From contig OZ286473.1 in assembly GCA_965644265.1 (NCBI GenBank), positions 72,354,001 to 72,418,000 of the forward strand: a stretch of 64,000 bases of DNA. Reading direction: 5' to 3'. The stretch is from Glycera tridactyla. Lineage: Eukaryota. The notes beneath the pieces were generated by a model that saw nothing but the letters and a program-made list of their open reading frames with translations, did no database searches and had not been told where the DNA came from. Positions 58,011-64,000 of the stretch are shown here, piece by piece; within the stretch, counting starts at the first letter, position 1, and each line of letters begins with the position of its first letter. The translations under genes were made by a program, and so were the position numbers.

Positions 58011-61000
58011 CATATATATGTGTTGGGGAGGGAGGGGGTGTGGGTGCGTGTTTGCGGCTGGTTTATTCCATTCGAGATCACTCAAATACGCCCCAGAATG
58101 ATCGATTAGGCGTGAAGGATTGATTATGATTTGATTTATGAGATTCTTTCAGTTGATTCGAAAATGCTCATGTGTCTGGGATCGATGAATCATTCAGGTC
58201 GGGAATGGAAGGGTTTCATTCGAGATATCGTCATGAAGTTTGATGAAGTTTGTCAGGCTTGAGCTCAAGTGTCACAGGATTCGGAAGGTTGACATCCAAG
58301 TGCTCTCAATATCACGCCATAATACGTGCTGATGCTTTGAAATTTGAGATGGGAGCATGCTGAATCTGTTCCAGGCTTCGTGAATACCAGGTTTTTTCCA
58401 ATTCTTTCAGATATCAATTCGTACATCAAACTTCTTGCGTTAGGGTTTAACTGTTGATCGATATTGGTGTGATCATATTCCCCTCTAAATGTTGACAAAA
58501 GAGCCATAATTTTTCACGATGTTCGATCATTTTTTGGTACCCGAAAGCCTTCTCTTGCTCACCTCATGTATCACTGTCTGAATCTATGTCAGAACTGACA
58601 TGTTAATCTGCTGTGCATCCTAAGATGTATATCTTCTGTAGGCCATGCATTATACTCACGTAAGTAGGTGAGTGATAAAAATAAGGGAATTGTAAAGCAT
58701 CCTCGGGTGGGCGGTAACCACGAGACGTGGATATATGGCCCCCATGATATTTTCTGATGAAAAATAAGTTGAGAATTGTTACTTGACATGCATAGGTCAT
58801 ATTCGTTCAACTCCTGTATGACGATGACCTTTTTGAGCGTTATTCCTATATGACCAATAGATCATTGGTGCTGTTCATCTGGATACTGCCCTTCTCTGAA
58901 TTGGCAACACAGCACTGATAGGCTGACGTTCTCTTCCATGGGTTTGGTGTTAATTTTCAATGTAGAGTTCGAGTGTTTTCCTATTGTTTTGCGAGGTGTG
59001 TGGTCACTTTCTTTCAAGCATCAACGATAGAAGTATGATGGTATGTCAATCGATAAGGAGGAGATCGAAATTACTCTTCACAATGTATTCCTACTGATAA
59101 GTGTGTGTATATGAAATTTAGGATCAATCCTTCCGAGGACTGACATTGGCAGATGAAATTTTGAGTTGAATGATGAGGTTAATATAATTCTTTGGGTTTC
59201 AATAAATCACATCTGTTGCACATATTAAGTGGAAGTATGTTTGTTGTAGTATAAAATGCAGTCAATATTGCTGTGAATAATGAAGAGAATTGAGTAAAAT
59301 CCGCGGAGAATTCAAGTACATCTGTCCGAGATATTTATACTGGACATGACTAAGTTGCAGTGTATATTCAGACCGGTGCATTGTTGTTTGAAGTCCGTTG
59401 ACTGTAACTTGTTCTAGCTGACCATGTGGAGGTATGCCTACTTCATCAAAGATTGAGATTTGTATGATGAAACGTGGCAAATGTTGATGAACATTTTATG
59501 TGAGGTTCTACATCGCTGCTCCGCGACAGGAAGATCGAGAAATGATGTTGGTGAAATGTGGCTTTTTGTCTGCTAAGCTGAGAATCATATTATTCTTCCC
59601 ATTGAATTACCAGTAAAGTAATTTCTTATCTTATTCCTAAGATAAGAAGTAAGATAAAAAATCACTTTACTGGATGTCCAAGACCATCTAATTAGTTTTC
59701 AGGGAGATTGATACACGATCTTTGCTTCCTTAATCCATGAACAAGACAAGGAAGGCTACAGACTGACTCAGAAAGAGTGACATTGATGTCTCTTCAACTG
59801 ATATCTTACCTGAAAAAATGATATGAAAAAAGAAGCTGCTTCAAGACTGCTAAGATTGAAAGGAATCTTATGTCTCTCTTAAAGAACGTAGGTGTGTTCT
59901 GATTGCCGCTTCCTACCCAAGGGCGGATGTCGACCTGCCATTTGCTTCATCACAGTTTGGCAATCACTTCTTGTCATGATCTATTTCTGGGGCAGTGAAT
60001 CCCCGATTTATTCATGAAAGTGTCACTTGCAGTCCGAAATAGGTTTCCTTCAACCGGAGTACGAAAATAGACGATTCAACGAGGGCAGACAGTTATACCA
60101 ATCTCATAAAATCCATTCATTCGACAACCCTGTCTTCCTGTCGATATGATTCATTGGTTAGACATCTTTCTCACCATCAATTTTCACCCAAAATCATCAA
60201 GTGATCATTCATTTCGCAAAGTTATTTAGCCAACACATACTGCTTACTCACAAAAATCCATAAGTGAACAAACTTATATCAGCAGATCATATGAGCATAT
60301 GTCGTATTTTATCTGCCTAGCTCAAGGCTTCGTCTGTTTGATGGAATTCCGAGATTCCGTGGATGAATAACCTGATGTCACACCGAATTAATCTTCATAC
60401 ATTTTCATACATTTCCATATAGCCGCAATTCATACGGATAAACCCCAAACTGATTGGCCCTCACATTTCTCTCCTAATTTCACTTTGTCATCCCTCTTCT
60501 AGTTCTGGATTTATGCAAAACTGAATTACGCAGCCCCCAATCAAGATGAGGTTACTTTCAAACTCCATCAAGATATGGTTACACTCACACTCTACATCAG
60601 AAACAGATTTGTGAGGGAATCTGTGAATCACCAGGAGTCATCTTGCGTGAAATGTTTGGGAACGAATGATACATATAAGCTTCAAATCAATACTCGTTAA
60701 AAAATACTGCTCCGTGGAATATCCATTGCACTGATTATCATCGGGTGCCATGAATCAATGTTCCTATTCATTGACTCCCTGTGCAAATGCTGGCACAGTC
60801 ATATCATCAGCAATGAATTCATCTTCGCGATCAAGGGTTAAGTTTAAGGTTTGCTCAACCCCACCCAAGCCATGTCGCACAATAGTTCCAATTAGTATCT
60901 CGAAATTGGTGTGGATTTAACAACGATTGCATTTATTTACTGACCTGCTGACCGCAAAATAGCAGTGTGAGAACTTGCCCAATATAGTTGTCCGACCGAA

Positions 61001-64000
61001 ACCGGGGAAAAAATGGCTGTCATGGGGATATCTTACTCTCACAACCCAATCATTGAACATGTGAATTTCACTCATGGATCACTAAATCATACAATCAAAT
61101 GCTTTAATGCCTTCCAAAATTAAAATGCTTCAACATATATCCATAATGCTCGATTAAACATCAGTTCAAAATTAAATGAAATAAAAAAAGATAAGAGGTA
61201 GAGAGTATTCATATCATCAGCAGTATCAAACCTGATAGAGAGTCAACGTCGATCATGAACTGGCAGGAAATTCCTAGAAGCAGGAGCCAATTTCATGAAA
61301 AGTAGACTTATAAAGAGCTTTCCAAGTGATCCATACAAAGTAGACATGCCTCTACAACACCCATGGCAAGTTACATGGGAATCAGAGCAGTTTATCACCA
61401 TCCATTGGCATGCCGAAAAAACTGTTAAAATTTGTGCCATTTTTTGTCATCTACTGCGGTCCCAAGTGGCAGTGGTGAGAAGAAGGATGCCTGCAAGACA
61501 GGCACCCTTAAAAACAAATATGATAGTTGGGTTAATATTGGCATGACGTCGCTGGAGTGCCACCGCTTGGCAATTATTGGATTATTCAGACCAGACAATA
61601 GACAGACATCAGTCTATTGCCCCTAGCTAATGACACCCCTGGCACTCACCATCAGAAGTACCCATCCTACACAGAAATACACATCTGGCTATGGCGGGAG
61701 TGACTATGTTTCTCTTCCTTGTCTGATCTTTGCTGCAAGATGATGATATAATGGCTGATACTACCATTTATTCCACCCAGTCTATTGATCCCCCCACTGT
61801 GTGCCCGGATATTCGCATACCATCCAACAGAGGTTGCGCCGACTACAAATCTACTCAGTATATCTATCCGATGTCAAGGCCGAAGCTGACAATAACAATG
61901 CCGGAATCGTTTAATGGGGCAAACAGCAAATAGGATGTGCAGTACAGTCATAAACAACATCATGTATTCAGACTCTGAGGTATGTCAATTCTGCTGTGAC
62001 TGATACATACCGGAAGAACATATGTCTCGTGGAACAAACATATCTATCATTCATAGTAATTCAAGTATGTACTACGCTGTCATCTTGTTGAATATTACTG
62101 TAGACAAGCCCTATGTATTGTTGAGCTTAGGGCACATATTCTGATAAACGAAACAGACTAATCAAATTGTATACAATAGACTGACACGTAGCTAGAAATT
62201 ATTCTGACTAAAATGCTTATACATGGAATGCTCAGTATCATAGGTAGGAGACATACATTTCGCTACAAATCCACTGTAGTCAATATCATATGAATTCCGC
62301 GATGAGCAAAAGGTTCTTTCTTGTTTATCCCGTTGCAAGAGACTATCATGCGAATAGATAGATGAACATTTGTCATGGTCATGGTATGTAGGTCAGATAT
62401 ATGAAGAATGCTCACGTTCACCTGCAACAATTCAAACTTATCAGATGTATGGAGAGATTGATCGACAAGTCCATACAGTTTTCCTAAGAAGAAGCTATCT
62501 AAGGTTTCTCATCCTCTTGCGAATGTACCACAGGGTAGCTCGTTTCCTTTAAGAAAAAAATGCTGGGCAGTTTCGATTCATCACTGCCCACACAGTCTTT
62601 CAAATCTGACACATTGAGCTGTCAGATTCCAGCCCCGACTAGATGGCCAGCCAGCCATAATAGATGACCATATTTGTTATACACGTGACAATCATGAAGG
62701 ATATATGATCCCGGAAGTGATCCTCCCCACCCCCACCCCATCCGGTCGCCAGTGATCTATTCACAATATATGTGGAGTGTTAGATTCATGAGAAAAATAA
62801 GAAAGATTATAGTCCATCTCCAATTTCCTTCCATCTTCAGTTGTGTGAGATACATGTTCCTTATTTCCACTGCATCGATCATTCCACAAATGGTCAAAAA
62901 ACACCAACCAAAATACATCGGAACAGCCTACTTCAACAACTAGAATCTACTTCTGGATATTGGATTCGTTTTGAGAGATTCGTTTGCGAATGTGTCCATG
63001 GAACTACAGTCCGATAATATTTGATAACGAACGATTTAAATCTCCTCTATTTGGATCTCATCCACCTCGAACTGTCTGGAACAAAATGTCTGAGGATCAT
63101 ACATGGAGCAACGCCTCGAACTCAGCCAAGGATCATTCTTCCTGCAAAGATTATCTCTTGAAATACAAATCATTTCATATTGAGTGATATATGCATTGAT
63201 ATACCTAAAGTATATTCTGAGGAATGGGAGATGCTATGAAAAGTAGGGACTACGAATGATCCACTTGGTGTAGAGAAATATGCGTGATCTGCCGTTAACT
63301 ACGTGATATGATAGTGACTACTGTCTGGTATTACCACCACCTTATTCTAGATATATAGGCTGATGGTAGTAATAGTACTGCCTAACTGCATTATCTGGCA
63401 CACCTCATCAGGTGCTGCAGTCACTCATTGGCTTTTCTCTATGGCCAGGCGAGAGAGGATGGGCAAACACCCAGGCTGGAATGTGTTTAGATGCAAACAC
63501 AGACCCCGAGAACAGAGTTCAGGGAACTCCTTCTCTGTTCATAGTGCATGTTTAGGCATTGTATACATACTGCCAGCGGTTTTTGCTTGAAAAGATATGC
63601 TATACGGAATATAATGAGCAGTCATTATTTGCGAAGATTGTATCAACTTTGTATACACCTGCAGTTATTACAATACATACTAAAAATCGACTTGCTCTTC
63701 CACACAAGCAGATCGTGCGTAAACTTGGTAATGAAAAAGATCGTACGTAGAGATACTGGATGAGCGAACAGCCCATGTGAATCCAATCTGTATCTTGAAA
63801 GTGTGGCTTGGTACACTATATAGGATATTCAATTCGAAGTGGAACTCAACATTGTGATGGTGTCTTCACCATATACACGTAATTCCATGCTATAGCTCAC
63901 GTGATTCATATATTCCGATCGAATTGAAGTTTTTGTCGAAATTCACTCACGATTCATTCAGCCAAGCTCGAACAAAGGCCCTCTGTATTGGCATCATCGT

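Noticed and set aside
52000-64000. Short 60-98 aa ORFs as host exons or genes
   Set aside because: No recognisable domains, many non-ATG starts, lengths expected by chance, and no coherent exon chain seen.

Overview
Eukaryotic (animal-like) genomic DNA with no recognisable intact host gene and two N-gaps. It has three zones. (1) About 1-18,691 is the right-hand part of a Polinton/Maverick (adintovirus-like) endogenous virus. A tightly packed, apparently intact + strand block (1-8,859) encodes dUTPase, a deoxynucleoside kinase, a Zn-finger protein, two paralogous small basic proteins, a retroviral-type integrase, an A32-like packaging ATPase, minor and major capsid proteins, a core protein, an adenain-like protease and two orphan proteins. 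Two unusual repeat arrays follow (9.5-14.2 kb and 15.3-17.8 kb), then a probable terminal inverted repeat ending in ACTACT at 18,691. The polymerase and left end are not in the window. (2) 26,008-33,510 is a full-length but inactivated DIRS1-type tyrosine-recombinase retrotransposon on the - strand, with ITRs and an internal complementary region (ICR). (3) The rest holds decayed retroelements (a CR1/L2-type LINE 3' end, faint Ngaro/DIRS-like remnants) and simple repeats. The best candidate for something undescribed is the 9.5-14.2 kb array: about 15 copies of a TATA + initiator-like module, a recurring splice-acceptor motif, and C2H2 and B-box zinc-finger fragments on the opposite strand. All family assignments come from motifs recognised by eye; no searches were run.
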